Shown: positions 9,871 through 22,250, counted from the stretch's first letter. The stretch: DNA of 64,000 nucleotides from an uncultured Candidatus Rokubacteria bacterium (GCA_963789955.1 CAWBMV010000001.1:384001-448000); one strand, 5' to 3'. The notes: a model not told the origin generated them from the letters alone. Program-made: numbers and translations.

Positions 9871-11399
9871 TGCACGCGACGCTCGCGCGGCGCGTGATCT
9901 GGCTGGCGTCGGCGAAGGGGGTCGCCTTCGCGCTGGGCTTCGCCCTGCCGCTCATCCTGGTACGCAGCCTGAGCCAGACCGAGTTCGGTCTGTACAAGCA
10001 GGTCTTTCTGCTCGTCAACACGGCGATCACGATCCTGCCGCTCGGCTTCGCGATGAGCGCGTTCTATTTCCTGCCTCGCTGCGGGCGCGAACCGGGGCGC
10101 GTCGTCTTCAACATCGTGCTGTTCCACTCGATGATCGGCGGCCTGGCCGGGCTCGCGCTCCTGGTATATCCCGGACTTCTCGAGGTGATCTTCGGCAGCC
10201 GCGAGCTCGTCGTTCACGCCCCGGGCCTGGCGCTCCTGGTCTTTCTCGCGATCGCGACGTCGGTGCTCGAGATCGTCGCGGTCGCCAACGGTGAAGTCGC
10301 GGTCGCCGCGCGCCTGATCGTCGTGACCTATCTGGCCAAGACGCTCCTGCTCCTGGGTGCCGTGTGGCTCGCGCCCTCGGTCGAGGCGCTGATCACCGCG
10401 GTGGCGCTGCACTACGTGCTGCAGGCTGCGCTGCTCTTCTGGTATCTCGGCTCGCGCTTTCCGCGATTCTGGGCGGCGCGCGACTGGCCGCTGTTGCGCG
10501 CCCAGATGGGCTACGCGCTGCCGCTCGGCGCGGCGGGGATGCTGTCGATGGCGCAGTTCGACCTGCACAGCTACTTCGTCGCCCGCTCCTTCGACGCTGC
10601 CACGTTCGCGATCTACGCGGTCGGGTGCTTCCAGCTGCCGTTCTTGCAGATCGTGAACGAGTCGATCGGCGCCGTCATGATCCCGACGGTCAGCCGCCTC
10701 CAGTTCGAGAACCAGCCGGGCGAGATCGTCCAGCTCGTGGCCCGTATGATGCGCAAGCTCGCCGCGCTCTACTTCCCGCTCTACGCGTGTCTGCTCGTGA
10801 CCGGGCGCGAGTTCGTCACCGTGCTGTTCACCGAGCGCTACCAGGGGAGCTGGCCGATCTTCGCGGTGAACCTGACGTTGATCCCGCTCTGCATTCTCAC
10901 CGCCGCGTGCGACCCGGTCCTGCGCGCCTACCCTGCGTACACCTCCATGCTGGTGCGGATCCGCGTGGCGCTGGCCGCGGTGTCAGTGCTGGGACTCTGG
11001 ATCGTCACGGCGCAGCACTGGCTGCTCGGCGCGATCGTCGTCATGGTCGGTGTCGGCCTCGTCGACCGGCTCACGGTGAGCGTGATGCTCGCGCGCGTGC
11101 TCCACATCGGATGGCGCGACCTGGCGCTCTTCCGCGACGTCGCGAAGCTCGCGGCCGCCGCCGGGGTCGCCGGGCTGCTCGCCGCCGGCGTCCGACTGGT
11201 CGTGGCCGAGGCCGGCCCGCTCGCGGTGCTCGCGGCCAGCTCGGCGGTGCTCGGGATTGCCTACGTGGTGTCGGTGCGGGCGCTCGGCGTGCCGACCGTG
11301 GGCGAGCGCCACGCGGTCCGCGAGCGGGCGCTCGCGATGCTGCTTCGCGTGGGGCTCGATCGCCGTACGGTCGGGGTGCGCTCGGGGCTCGAGCCATGA
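9870..11399 (+). CDS. Oligosaccharide flippase (Wzx-like, MOP superfamily)
   Basis: About 14 hydrophobic segments; LVRSLSQTEFGLYKQ, GYALPLG, FAIYAVGCFQLP. Confidence 0.85.
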   Translation: MHATLARRVIWLASAKGVAFALGFALPLILVRSLSQTEFGLYKQVFLLVNTAITILPLGFAMSAFYFLPRCGREPGRVVFNIVLFHSMIGGLAGLALLVYPGLLEVIFGSRELVVHAPGLALLVFLAIATSVLEIVAVANGEVAVAARLIVVTYLAKTLLLLGAVWLAPSVEALITAVALHYVLQAALLFWYLGSRFPRFWAARDWPLLRAQMGYALPLGAAGMLSMAQFDLHSYFVARSFDAATFAIYAVGCFQLPFLQIVNESIGAVMIPTVSRLQFENQPGEIVQLVARMMRKLAALYFPLYACLLVTGREFVTVLFTERYQGSWPIFAVNLTLIPLCILTAACDPVLRAYPAYTSMLVRIRVALAAVSVLGLWIVTAQHWLLGAIVVMVGVGLVDRLTVSVMLARVLHIGWRDLALFRDVAKLAAAAGVAGLLAAGVRLVVAEAGPLAVLAASSAVLGIAYVVSVRALGVPTVGERHAVRERALAMLLRVGLDRRTVGVRSGLEP

Positions 11400-12459
11400 G
11401 GATCGCGGTGGTCGCGCCGAGCCTCGACATCGTCGGCGGCCAGTCGATCCAGGCCGACGCGCTCTGCGCCGGGCTCCGCCGCGAGGGCTATCAGGTCGAC
11501 TTTGTGCCCGGTCAACCCGCGGTTCCCGCGCGGGCTCGGCTGGGTGCGGAGCTTGCCGTACGCCCGGACCGCACTCAACCAGGCGCTCTACCTCCCGAGC
11601 CTGCACCGACTGCGCCAGGCCGACGTCGTCCACGTCTTCTCGGCGTCGTACTGGTCGTTCCTGCTCGCGGTGGCGCCGGCGATCCTGGCGGCGCGCCGCT
11701 TCGGCAAGCGCGTCGTGCTCAACTACCACAGCGGCGAGGCCGAGGACCATCTCGAGCGCTGGGGTGCCCTCGTCCATCCCTGGCTGGCGCTCGCGCACGA
11801 GATCGTGGTGCCGTCGGAGTACCTGCGCGCGGTGTTCGCGCGCCACGGCTACCCGGCGCGTGCCGTCCCGAACGTGGTGGACACGACGCGGCTTCCGGTA
11901 CCGCGACCGGATGCCGCCGCGCGCGCGTCTCCTGTCGACTCGCAATCTCGAGCCCTACTACCGGGTCGACGTCACGCTCGAAGCGTTCGCGATGGTGCGG
12001 GACCGATTCCCGTCGGCCACCCTGACCATCGCCGGAGACGGCAGCGAGGCGGCCGGCTGCGGCGGCTAGCCGCCCGCTCGGCGAGAACGGGATCGCTTCG
12101 TCGGGCCGCGTCGATCCGATCGAGATGCCCGAGCTGCTACGAGGCCGCCGACGTCTTCGTGAACGCGTCGGTCGTCGACAATCAGCCGCTGTCGGTGCTC
12201 GAGGCCTTCGCGGCGGGCCTGCCGGTCGTGTCGACCGCGACCGGCGACATCGGGGCGATGCGTCCGCGACGGCGAAACCGGGCTGCTCGTGCCGGCGAAC
12301 GATCCCGCCTGCCATGGCCAAGGCGCTGACCGTCGTGCTCGAGTATCCGGTCCGCGCTTTGCGGATGGCTCGCCAGGCGCGCGCCGAAGTCGAAGCGTAC
12401 ACGTGGGAGCGGTGCGCGACCAGTGGGCCGCCGCCTACGCGGGAGGGAGCCGGCGATGA
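11396..12459 (+). CDS. Glycosyltransferase family 4 (several frameshifts, probably sequencing errors)
   Basis: MRIAVVAPSLDIVGGQ, VHVFSASYWSF, TRNLEPYY, NASVVDNQPLSVLEAFAAGLPVVSTATG spread over three frames; end approximate. Confidence 0.8.
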
Positions 12460-14640
12460 TCCGGCGTCTGGCGCGCATGCGGCACCGACGAGCTGATCGT
12501 CGGGGACGTCAGGAAGCCTCGCAAGCGGCTCGAGCGCGCTGGTGATGGTGGCGCGCGCCGCCGGGCGCTCGGCGCCGACGCATCGGGCCTCGCGCCCTCG
12601 AGGCGCTGCTCCGTGCCTTCGAGGCGGCGCCCGCCACTTCTTCGACGGCGCGGTGAGCGAGCGGACGGCGGCCTCCTGATCGACCGGATACCGGCGGCGC
12701 GCGACGAGGCCGTGAAGCATCGCCGACGACGCGTGCGGCCGGGCGCTTCGACCTGCTCGGCTACCGCGGCTCTCGTTCGGCGATCCGATCGACTGGCATC
12801 TCGATCCGGTCTCCGGCCGGCGCGCGCCCGCTGCGATCACTGGAGCCGGCATCGATCCGCTCGATGCCGAGGCGGTCGGGCGACAGCAAGGTCGTCTGGG
12901 AGCTGAATCGCCACCAGTGGCTGGTCCGGCTCGGCCAGGCCTATCGCCTGACCGGCGACGAGCGCTACGCCGGCGCCTTCGCCGCGCATCGCGCGCTGGC
13001 TCGACGCCAATCCCGCCGGGTATCGGCATCAACTGGGCGAGCAGCCTCGAGGTCGCGTTCCGGCTCATCTCGTGGTGCTGGGCGCTCATGCTGTTCCGCG
13101 GATCGCGCCGTGCTGTCGCCGGCGCTGTTCGATCGCGATCCTGCGCGTCGATCTGGGCCACGCCGCCCACGTGGAGCGCTACCTCTCGTACTACTTCTCG
13201 CCGAACACGCACCTGACCGGCGAGGCCCTCGGCCTCTTCTATGCGGGGGTGCTGTTTCCGGAGCTGCCGTGCGCCGACGCGCTGGCGCGCGCTCGGCACG
13301 CGCATCCTCGATCGACGAGAGCGCGCGCCAGATCCTGGCCGACGGCGTCTACTTCGAGCAGTCGACCGTGCTACCAGCGCTACACGCGTCGAGATCTACC
13401 TGCACTTCCTGCTGCTCGCCGAGCGGAACGGCGTGCCGGTTCCGGCGGCGGTCGCGAGCGCGCGTCGAGCGGATGGTCGACGTTCTCGCTCGCGGTCCGC
13501 TGCGCCCGACGGCTCGATGCCGCAGATCGGCGACGCCGACGGCGGGCTCGCTGCTGCCGCTCGCGCGGCGCGTCCGGACGACTGCCGCGGCGTGTTCGCG
13601 ACGGCGGCCGCGTTCTTCGGCCGCGCCGACTACGCGTGGGCGGCCGGCGGCCCGCGGCGCCCGAGGTGCTCTGGCTCCTGGGGCCGCGCCGGGCTCGACG
13701 CCTTCGACGCGCTCAGGCCCGGCTCCGCCGGCCGGCGCCGTCGTCGCGGCTCTTCGCGGACGGCGGCTACGCGGTCATGCGCAGCGGCTGGGACGCCGGA
13801 CGCATCACCACGTGATCTTCGACGTGGGGCCGCTCGGTTGTCCCGTGAGCGGCGGCCACGGCCACGCCGATCTCCTGAGCGTGCAGTGCGCCGTCTTCGG
13901 CGAGCCGTACCTCGTCGACTCCGGCACCTACTGCTACGCCGGCGATCCGGCGAGCGCGCAGCTACTTCCGCTCGACCGCGGCGCACAGCGCGGTGGTCGT
14001 CGACGGCGAATCCCAGGCGGCCCCGGCTGGACCGTTCCGCTGGGTGGCGCGCCCCGGCGCGAGCCTGCTCGACTGGCGCTCGACGCCGGAGCTCGACTTC
14101 GCCGAGGCGCACCACCACGCGTACATCGAGCTGCCGGGCGGGGGTGTCGTCCACCGGCGCCGCGTGGCCTTCGTGAAGGGGAGCTACTGGGTCATCGTCG
14201 ACGATCTCGAGGGCGACGGCGAGCACCACGTCGACCTGCGATTCCAGTTCGCGCCCCTCGAGGTCCAGGTCGATCCGACCTTGTGGGCGCGGGCCCGCGG
14301 CCGGTCGGGTACCGAGCTCCTCGTCCGTCCGTTCGCGAGTGTCGCGCTCAAGGCGAGCGTGCACGCCGGCGAGCTCGATCCGCTGCGCGGCTGGGTCTCG
14401 CCGATCTACGGACGGCGCGAGCCCGCGCCGCTCCTGGTCTATTCGACGGTGACGACCTTGCCGCTGCGCGTACTGACCCTGCTCCTGCCGAGCGCCCGCC
14501 CGCGCGCGGCGGTGCCTTCGGTATTTTCGGTGATCGACGCGAGCGGCGCGCCGGTCGGGCTCGTGCTCGACGACGCGGGCGAGCGCATCGCGTTCGGCGA
14601 GCGCGGCCTGCCCGAGATCTGGACGGCCCAATGGGCGTGA
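12456..14640 (+). CDS. Heparinase II/III-like (alginate lyase-like) protein, frameshifted
   Basis: GDSKVVWELNRHQW, GINWASSLEVAFR, FSPNTHLTGEALGL, PQIGDADGG, GHGHADLLS, VDSGTYCY, STAAHS pieces in successive frames. Confidence 0.85.
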
Positions 14641-14838
14641 TCGGCGGGCGGCTCGGCTATCGGCTCTCCCGGCTCCTCGCCGAGAGCGGTTACGCGGTCG
14701 AGCACTTCGAAGCGGTGCCGATTCGCAAGCTGAGGCGTCTCGCGGCAGGCCCGACACATGAGCTTCTCACGGCAATCATTCGATGTCGGTTGAGCGCGAT
14801 ATGAAACGGCCGGCGTCGCGGAGCACAAATGGTGACGT

Positions 14839-15963
14839 ATGGTCTGGATAGCATTCCTCTGCGTCGGTCTCGCCGTCGTCTTCGTCTCGTACGTCGGATA
14901 CGCGCTGTGGGTGGCGTGGCTCGCGCGCGTGTGGCCGGTCCCGACGGCCGCGCGCTATCTGCCGGACGCGCTCCTGCCGAGCGTGACCTGCCTGATGGCG
15001 GCCTCGAATGAAGGGGCGCTCATCGGGCACAAGCTCCGGCTGCTCACCTTCCACGACTATCCGTCGGACAAGCTGTCGATCATCGTGGTGAGCGACGGGT
15101 CGACGGACGCGACCGATGCCGTCGTGCGCGCCTGGGCGCGCCGCGATCCGCGAATCCGCCTCCTGCGGACGGAGCACCGGAGCGGCAAGCCCACGGCGCT
15201 GAACCTGGCGCGACGGCACATCACGAGCGACGTCACGGTGCTCATGGACGTTCGCCAGCGGCTCACGCAGGGCGCGCTCCGCGAGCTGGTGGCACAGCTC
15301 GCCGATCCCGGCGTCGGGGTCGTGTCGGGCGACCTCCGGGTCAAGGGCGACGCGTACTGGACCTACGAGGCTTTCGTTCGGAAGTGCGAGTCGCGCTCGG
15401 GGTCGATGGTGCAGGTCACCGGCTCGCTCTACGCGCTCCGCACCGTCGACCTGCCCGAGATCCCCCCGGACACGATCCTGGACGACGTGTACGTGCCGCT
15501 CATGGTCGCGCTGAGCGGCCGACGGATCGTCATGGCGGAGGGCGCAGGCAGTCTCGACGTCGTCACCCGTTCGGCGGGCGACGAATTCGTCCGCAAGGTG
15601 CGGACCCTCGCCGGGCTCGTCCAGATCTGTCATCACGTCGACGGGTGCCTCAATCCGGCGAGGAACCCGGTCTGCAGCCGCTTCATCCTGCACAAGCTCT
15701 CGCGGCTGGCCTGTCCGTACGGTTTGTTGCTCACGATGGCGAGCGCAGCGATGGCCGAGGGTCTCGGCTACGGCACGGCGCTCATGACCGGCGCTGCGGT
15801 CGGGCTCGTCGGCCTGACCTTGTGGCGCGGACCGTCGCCCCGCGTAGTCTCGCTGGTCAGGTCCTTCATGGCGCTGAACCTCGCGGCGCTGTGGGCGATG
15901 CCGTCGTACTACCTCGGGCGCACGTCGGTGACGTGGCGACGAGTCGAGGCGGATCGCACATGA
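14839..15963 (+). CDS. Glycosyltransferase family 2 (PgaC/IcaA-like membrane GT)
   Basis: N-terminal TM, VVSDGSTD, GKPTALN, GSLYALR, ILDDVYVP, EFVRKVRTLAG. Confidence 0.85.
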   Translation: MVWIAFLCVGLAVVFVSYVGYALWVAWLARVWPVPTAARYLPDALLPSVTCLMAASNEGALIGHKLRLLTFHDYPSDKLSIIVVSDGSTDATDAVVRAWARRDPRIRLLRTEHRSGKPTALNLARRHITSDVTVLMDVRQRLTQGALRELVAQLADPGVGVVSGDLRVKGDAYWTYEAFVRKCESRSGSMVQVTGSLYALRTVDLPEIPPDTILDDVYVPLMVALSGRRIVMAEGAGSLDVVTRSAGDEFVRKVRTLAGLVQICHHVDGCLNPARNPVCSRFILHKLSRLACPYGLLLTMASAAMAEGLGYGTALMTGAAVGLVGLTLWRGPSPRVVSLVRSFMALNLAALWAMPSYYLGRTSVTWRRVEADRT

Positions 15964-16757
15964 GCCCGCGACGGCTGCGCGCGTACATCATCACCGAGGA
16001 GGATCCGTTCTATCTTCCGGTCTTCTTCCGCGAGTTCCTTGCCGAGCTGCCGCGGGACCGGTTCGAGATCCTGAGCATCGACATCACGCCCCCCTTGAAC
16101 CAATCGTCGCGACGCGCCCTGGCGCGCAAGCTCTACGGCTTCTATGGCGGGCCCGATTTCGTGCGCCTGCTCGGCCGGTACGCGACCGCGCGAGCCCTGG
16201 ATCTCGTGGCGCCGCGCGGGCTCTGGTGCGGCACAATCAACCGCCTCGCGGGCTGCCACGGCATCCCGTGCCAGGCCGTGAAGAACGTCAACGCGCCCGC
16301 GTACGTCGAGCGTGTGCACCGGCTCGCTCCCGACCTCCTGGTGTCCGTCGCGGCCTCGCAGATCTTCAAGCCGGCGCTCCTGTCGGTGCCGCGGCTCGCC
16401 GCGGTGAACGTGCACACCGGCCCGCTGCCGAAGTATCGCGGGATGATGCCGGTCTTCTGGCAGATGTACGACCGCCAGAAACAGATCGCCATCACCCTGC
16501 ACACGATGACGCCCGACATCGATCTCGGCAAGGTGCTGCTCCAGCGCGAGGTGCCGCTCAACGGCGACCGCAACCTCGACGAGGTGATTCGCAAGATGAA
16601 GCGCGAGGGCGCGCACGCGCTGGTCGAGCTGCTCGAGCGCTTTCACACGGGCACCGTGGAGCCCGTCGCCATGGATCGGTCCCGGCAGCAGTACCACTCC
16701 TTTCCGGGGCGCGCCGAGGCGGCCCGGTTCCGCGACATGGGGTATCGCCTCGTATGA
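15960..16757 (+). CDS. Formyltransferase (Fmt-like, probably a sugar N-formyltransferase)
   Basis: VNVHTGPLPKYRGMMPVFW, TLHTMTPDIDLG. Confidence 0.85.
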   Translation: MSPRRLRAYIITEEDPFYLPVFFREFLAELPRDRFEILSIDITPPLNQSSRRALARKLYGFYGGPDFVRLLGRYATARALDLVAPRGLWCGTINRLAGCHGIPCQAVKNVNAPAYVERVHRLAPDLLVSVAASQIFKPALLSVPRLAAVNVHTGPLPKYRGMMPVFWQMYDRQKQIAITLHTMTPDIDLGKVLLQREVPLNGDRNLDEVIRKMKREGAHALVELLERFHTGTVEPVAMDRSRQQYHSFPGRAEAARFRDMGYRLV

Positions 16758-17722
16758 TTCCGGCACTCCTGACCTTCGACATCGAAGACTGGTTCCAGGT
16801 CGAGAACCTCCGCCCGCTTTTCCCACCCGCGAGCTGGGAGGCGCTCCCGCGCCGCGTGGCCGACGCCACGCGCCGCGTGCTCCGCTTGCTCGCCGAGCAC
16901 GAGATCCGCTCGACGTTCTTCGTGCTCGGCTGGGTCGCCGAACGCGAGCCCGAGCTGGTCCACGAGATCGCCGCGGGCGGTCATGAGATCGCCTGCCACG
17001 GCTACGGCCACGTCCTGCCGATGCAGCTCACGCCGCAGCAGTTCCGCGACGACGTGGTCAGGGCGAAGACGATCCTCGAGGAGATCGGGGGGCAGGAGGT
17101 CGTCGGCTATCGCGCGCCGTCCTTCAGCCTCGATCGCGAGCGCCTGGCGATCCTGGACGATTGCGGCTTCCGCTACGACTCGAGTCACCACCCGTTCGCC
17201 CTGCACGATCGCTACGGCCGGCTCGGCGATCTCGGTCCGCCGATCGCCCCGGGAGTCTACGCGGCCGGCGAGCGGATGGTCGAGCTCGAGCTGCCCGTGG
17301 AGCACGTGGGCGGCCTGGCGCTTCCGGTATCGGGCGGCGGCTACTTCCGGCTCTACCCGGCGGCGCTCTTCCGGTCACTCGTTGCCCGCACGATCGCGCG
17401 CCGGGGCTCGTATCTCATGTACCTGCACTCCTGGGAGTTCGATCCGGGGCAGCCGCGCGTGCAGGGCTTGGGGCCGACGCGGATGGCGCGCCACTACGTG
17501 AACCTGTCGCGCACCGCGCCGCGGATGCGACAGTTGATCGCGATGCTCGAGCGCCGGGCCGCGCGCTTCATGACGGCGAGCGAATTCGCCGCTACGATCC
17601 GCCGGTCCGTGACCGCGCTGACGCAGGGGCGGCGTGTGCCCCCCGAGACTTCGACCGTCGCGCGCCCCCCGGCGGGGCTTCCACCCGGTGACGGCCTGCA
17701 GCGCGCGCCGAAGGCGGGCTGA
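16754..17722 (+). CDS. Polysaccharide deacetylase, XrtA/PEP-CTERM-locus type (DUF3473)
   Basis: LTFDIEDWFQV, TFFVLGWVAER, HEIACHGYGH, GYRAPSFS, GGGYFRLYP, YLHSWEFDPGQPR. Confidence 0.9.
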   Translation: MIPALLTFDIEDWFQVENLRPLFPPASWEALPRRVADATRRVLRLLAEHEIRSTFFVLGWVAEREPELVHEIAAGGHEIACHGYGHVLPMQLTPQQFRDDVVRAKTILEEIGGQEVVGYRAPSFSLDRERLAILDDCGFRYDSSHHPFALHDRYGRLGDLGPPIAPGVYAAGERMVELELPVEHVGGLALPVSGGGYFRLYPAALFRSLVARTIARRGSYLMYLHSWEFDPGQPRVQGLGPTRMARHYVNLSRTAPRMRQLIAMLERRAARFMTASEFAATIRRSVTALTQGRRVPPETSTVARPPAGLPPGDGLQRAPKAG

Positions 17723-17726
17723 CGCC

Positions 17727-19680
17727 ATGTGCGGCATCGCCGGCATCGTCAGGCTCGAACCCGCGCGAGCGCGTGGACGAGGCGCGCGCTGAAGCGCATG
17801 CGCGACGTCGCTGCGCCACCGCGGCCCGGACGGCGAGGGCCTGTGGATCGACGGGCCGGTCGGGCTCGGCCACCGGCGGCTCGCGATCGTCGACGTCGCC
17901 GGCGGCGCATCAGCCGATGACGAACGAGGACGGACGCGTCTGGATCATCTTCAACGGCGAGATCTACAACCACGCCGACGCTGCGGCCCGGGCTCGAGGC
18001 GCGCGGCCATCGCTACCGCACGCGCAGCGACACCGAGACGATCCTGCATCTCTACGAGGAGGAGGGCGAGCGCTGCGTCGAGCGGCTCGCAGGGCATGTT
18101 CGCGTTCGCCATCTGGGACCGGCCGCGCGGCGCGGCTGCTGCTCGCGCGCGACCGCCTCGGCATCAAGCCGCTCTACTACGCGCGTGACCGACCGACGAG
18201 CTGCTCTTCGCCTCGGAGATCAAGGCGATCCTCGCCGCCGGCGGCGTCCGGCCCGCGCTCAACGACCGCGGTCCTGCCCGAGTTCCTCGCCACGCGCTTC
18301 GTCTCCGGCGAGGAGACGTTCTTCCGCGGGCATCCGCAAGCTCGCTGCCCGGCCACACGCTGACCTGGTCGCCGGCGAGGGCGTCGCGCGACGCGCCGCT
18401 ACTGGCAGCTTGCCGGCCGCGGCTGGACGACGCGCGCGCGCCGGGCTCGAGGAGCGCGCGGCGGAGCTGCGCGGCGCGGCTCGAGGCCGCGGTGCGGAGC
18501 CACCTGATGAGCGACGTGCCGCTCGGGCTCTTCCTGTCGGGCGGCATCGACTCGAGCGGGCTCGCCGCGCTGATGGCGCCGCATGGTCGAGCGAGCCGAT
18601 CCGCACCTTCTCGGTGGGCTTCGCCGAGCGCCGAGGCCAACGAGCTCGCGCTACGCGCGCCTGGCGGCGCGCGCGGTCGGGCGCCGAGCACCGCGAGGTC
18701 GTCGTCTCGCCCGAGCGAGTTCTTCGCAGGCGCTGCCCGCGGCTCGATCTGGCACGAGGACGAGCCGATCGCGTTCCCGTCGAGCGTGCCGCTCTACTTC
18801 GTCTCGCGGCTGGCGCGGCGAGCACGTGAAGGTGGTGCTCACCGGCGAGGGCGCCGACGAGCTGTTCCTCGGCTACAACCGCTACCGCGTCACGGCCTGG
18901 AACGAGCGGCTCGGCCGCGCCTACGGGCGCGCTGACGCCGCGCGGCGCTGCGCCGGCGTTCGCCGCGATCGCTCGGCCGCGCTGCCGCGGCGCGCTCCGC
19001 CGCTACGCCGAGCCGGACGCTTCCTCGGCGCTCGACGCCGGGCCCGCGGGCGCTCTTCTGCGAGAACTTCGCCGTCTTCCCGACCGCGCTGCAGCGCGAC
19101 CTGCTCGCGGACCGGACCTGCTCGGCGGCGCGCGATCCCTACGCGAGCGCGCTGCGGTCGCTACGACGACGGCGCCGGGCGGCGACGCTCGATCGGATGA
19201 GCCGCGCCGATCTGCAGACGTATCTGGTCGAGCTCCTGATGAAGCAGGACCAGATGAGCATGGCCGCGTCGATCGAGAGCCGCGTGCCGTTCCTCGACCA
19301 CGAGCTGGTCGAGCACGTGGCCGCGATGCCCGGCCGGCTTCAAGCTCCGCGGGCTGGCGGACCAAGGCCGTCCTGCGCGAGGCGCTGCGCGGACGTGCGT
19401 GCCGCCGGAGATCCTCACCCGGCGCAAGATGGGCTTCCCGGTGCCGGTCGGGCCGCTGGCTGCGCGGGCCGTTCTGGCCGCTCGTCGAGGAGCTCGTGCT
19501 CGGGCCGCGCGCGCTCGCGCGCGGGCTCTTCGACCCGGCCGCGCTGCGGCGGCTCGCCGAGGAGCATCGCGCGCGGCGCCGCCGAGCACGGCGACCGGCT
19601 CTGGCTGCTCGTCAACCTCGAGATCTGGCAGCGGATCTTCCTCGACGGCGACGAGCCGGCCGCGATCACGGACGGCCTGA
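17727..19680 (+). CDS. asnB: Asparagine synthase (glutamine-hydrolysing)-type amidotransferase, heavily frameshifted
   Basis: MCGIAG Ntn start, [70 protein letters not shown]. Confidence 0.9.
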
Positions 19681-19686
19681 GCGCGC

Positions 19687-20936
19687 ATGCGCATCCTCTG
19701 GGTGAAGGTCGGGCGGGCTCTGGCCGCTCAACACGGGCGGCCGCCTCCGCAGCTTCCACACGCATCGCGCGAGCTGTCGCGGCGGCACCGGGTCACGCGT
19801 CGCTGACGACCCACGCGCCGCGGCGAGAGCCGCGGCGAGCTCGCGGCGCGCGCTCCCGCGCTGCGAGCGGGTCGTCTCGGTCCCGCACGCGCTCGCCAAG
19901 CAGGGCAGCGCCGCGCTTCGCCGCTGGCGCTGGCCCGCTCGTGGCTCTCGCCGCTGCCGGTCGATCTCTGGCAAGGCGCGCGTCCCGGCGCTCGGCCGCG
20001 AGGTCGCGCGGCGGCTCGCGCGCGGCGAGCGTCGACGTCTGCGTCGCGGACTTCCTCGCCGGCGGCGCCGAACGTGCCGCTCGGCGGCCGCGTCGCCGAT
20101 CGTCCTCTTCGCAGCACAACGTCGAGCACATGATCTGGAAGCGGCTCGCGCGAGGTCGAGCGCCGCCGCTGGCGGCGGGCGCTGCTCGAGCTCGAGTGGC
20201 GGAAGATGCGCCGCTACGAGGCGCGCGCGTGCGCGCGCGCGCGCGCTGACGGTCGCGGTCTCCGACGCCGACCGCGCGACTGCTCGCCGCCGCTGGCGCC
20301 GGGCGCCGGCGTCCGTGCCGATCCCGACCGGCGTCGACACGGCCTACTTCGCGCCGAACGGCGACGCGCGAGATCCCGGCGCCGGCTCGTCTTCACCGGG
20401 TCGATGGACTGGTATCCGAACGAGGACGCCGATCGCTGCACTTCATCGACGACGATCCTGCCGCGCGATCCGGCGCGCGGTGCCGGACGTCGTCGCTGAC
20501 CGTCGTCGGCCGCAACCCGAGCGACCGCGCTGCGCGCCGCCGCGGCGGCGGCCGGCGTTCAGCGTCACCGGCACGGTCGACGACGTCCGCCCGTACGTGG
20601 CGGAGGCGGCGGTGCTACGTCGTGCCGCTGCGCGTCGGCGGCGGGACCCGGCTGAAGATCTTCGAGGCGCTCGCGATGGGCAAGGCGGTCGTCTCCACGA
20701 CGGTGGGGGCCGAGGGGCTGCCGCTCGTGCCCGGCGAGCACTTCCTGCAGGCCGACGAGCCGGCCGACGTTCGCGCGCGCCGTCGTCGGCGCTGCTGCGA
20801 GATCCCGGCCCGCCGCCGGGCGCTCGGCGCGGCGGGCCGCCGGCTCGTGCGAGGAGCGCTACTCGTGGGCGCAGGTGGCGCGCGAATTCGAGACGCCGAC
20901 GTGCGAGGAGGTGCGTGGCGCGACCATGCGCGTTAG
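19687..20936 (+). CDS. Glycosyltransferase family 4, frameshifted
   Basis: MRILWVK, HNVEH, PTGVDTAYF, FTGSMDWYPNED, PLRVGGGTRLKIFEALAMGKAVVSTTVGAEGL. Confidence 0.85.
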
Positions 20937-22250
20937 CGTGTTCGGTCTCGGCTACGTCGGGTGTGTCACGGCCGCGTGCCTGGCGAAGGCCGGGCACGAG
21001 GTGGTCGGCGTCGACGTGAATCGCCGAGAAGGTCGCGATGATCAACGCGGCGACGCTCGCCGATCGTCGAGCCCGGGCTCGGCGATCTCCTCGCGCGAGG
21101 TCGTCGGCGACGGGACGCCTGCGCGCCACGACGTCGACGCGACGAGGCGGTCGCCGGCGTCGGACCTCGCCCTGATCTGCGTCGGCACGCCGAGCCGCGC
21201 GCAACGGCCAGCTCGACATCGACGCCGTCGCGCGCGTCGGGCGAGGAGCATCGGCCACGCCGCTGCGGCGAGCGCGCGGAGCCCTACACGGTGGTGCTCC
21301 GGAGCACCGTCCTGCCGGGCACGACCGAGCAGCGCCTCGTGCCCGCACTCGCTCGCCGGCGCCGGCGGCCGCTGCGGGCTGACTCGGGTCGCGGTGAACC
21401 CGGAGTTCATGCGCGAGGGCTCGTCGCTCCGGGACTTCGCCCAGCCTCCGATGACCCTGGTCGGGCTGCGGACGACCCGGCGACGGCCGCGCGTCTCGCG
21501 CGCGCTCTACGCAGCGCGTCGAGGCGCCGTTCGTGCACGACCTCGATCCGCACGGCCGAGATGGCGAAGTACGTCTCCAACGCCTTCCACGCGCTCAAGG
21601 TGTGCTTCGCCAACGAGATCGGCGACGTCTGCGCGGCGCTCGGCGCCGACGCGCAGGAGGTGATGCGCGTCTTCCTGATGGACCGGAAGCTCAACGTGTC
21701 GGAGGCCTATCTGCGGCCGGGCTTCGCCTTCGGCGGCTCCTGCCTGCCCAAGGACGTGCGCGCGCTGCTCTACGCCGCGCGGGTCGCCGACGTGTCGCCG
21801 CCGCTGCTCGGCGTCGATCCTGCCCTCGAACGAGGGGCAGGTCCGCCGCGGCGTCGAGCCGCGTGCTGGCGACCCGGCGGCGGCGGGTCGGCGTCGTCGG
21901 GCTCGCCTTCAAGCCGGGAACCGACGACCTGCGCGAGAGCCCGATGGTGACGCTGGTCGAGACGCTCATCGGCAAGGGCTGCGACGTGCGGATCCTCGAT
22001 CGCAACGTCGCGATCGCCCGACTCGTCGGCGCGAACCGCCGCTACATCGAGGAAGAGATCCCGCACATCGCTTCGCTGATGTGCGACGAGCGCGGAGGCC
22101 TTGCTGGCCCACGCCGAGGTGCTCGTGATCGGCAACGCGGGCGAGGACTCGGCCGCGGTGCTGGCCGCGGCCCGGCCCGAGCACGTCATGATCGACCTCA
22201 CGCGAGGCCATGCGACGCGACCGACGTCGCGGGGTACCGCGGGGAGCTGA
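20926..22250 (+). CDS. algD: GDP-mannose 6-dehydrogenase-like (AlgD subgroup of UDP-glucose/GDP-mannose dehydrogenases), frameshifted
   Basis: MRVSVFGLGYVG, ICVGTPS, RSTVLPGT, NPEFMREG, PGFAFGGSCLPKDVRAL, GTDDLRESP, GANRRYIEEEIPHI follow AlgD closely. Confidence 0.8.

Noticed and set aside
3610..10568. Long antisense and alternate-frame ORFs (e.g. 3610-5652 -, 8263-9822 -, 5' extensions of 3921, 5633, 8589)
   Set aside because: Arg/Ala/Pro-rich shadow ORFs typical of high-GC DNA overlapping well-supported genes
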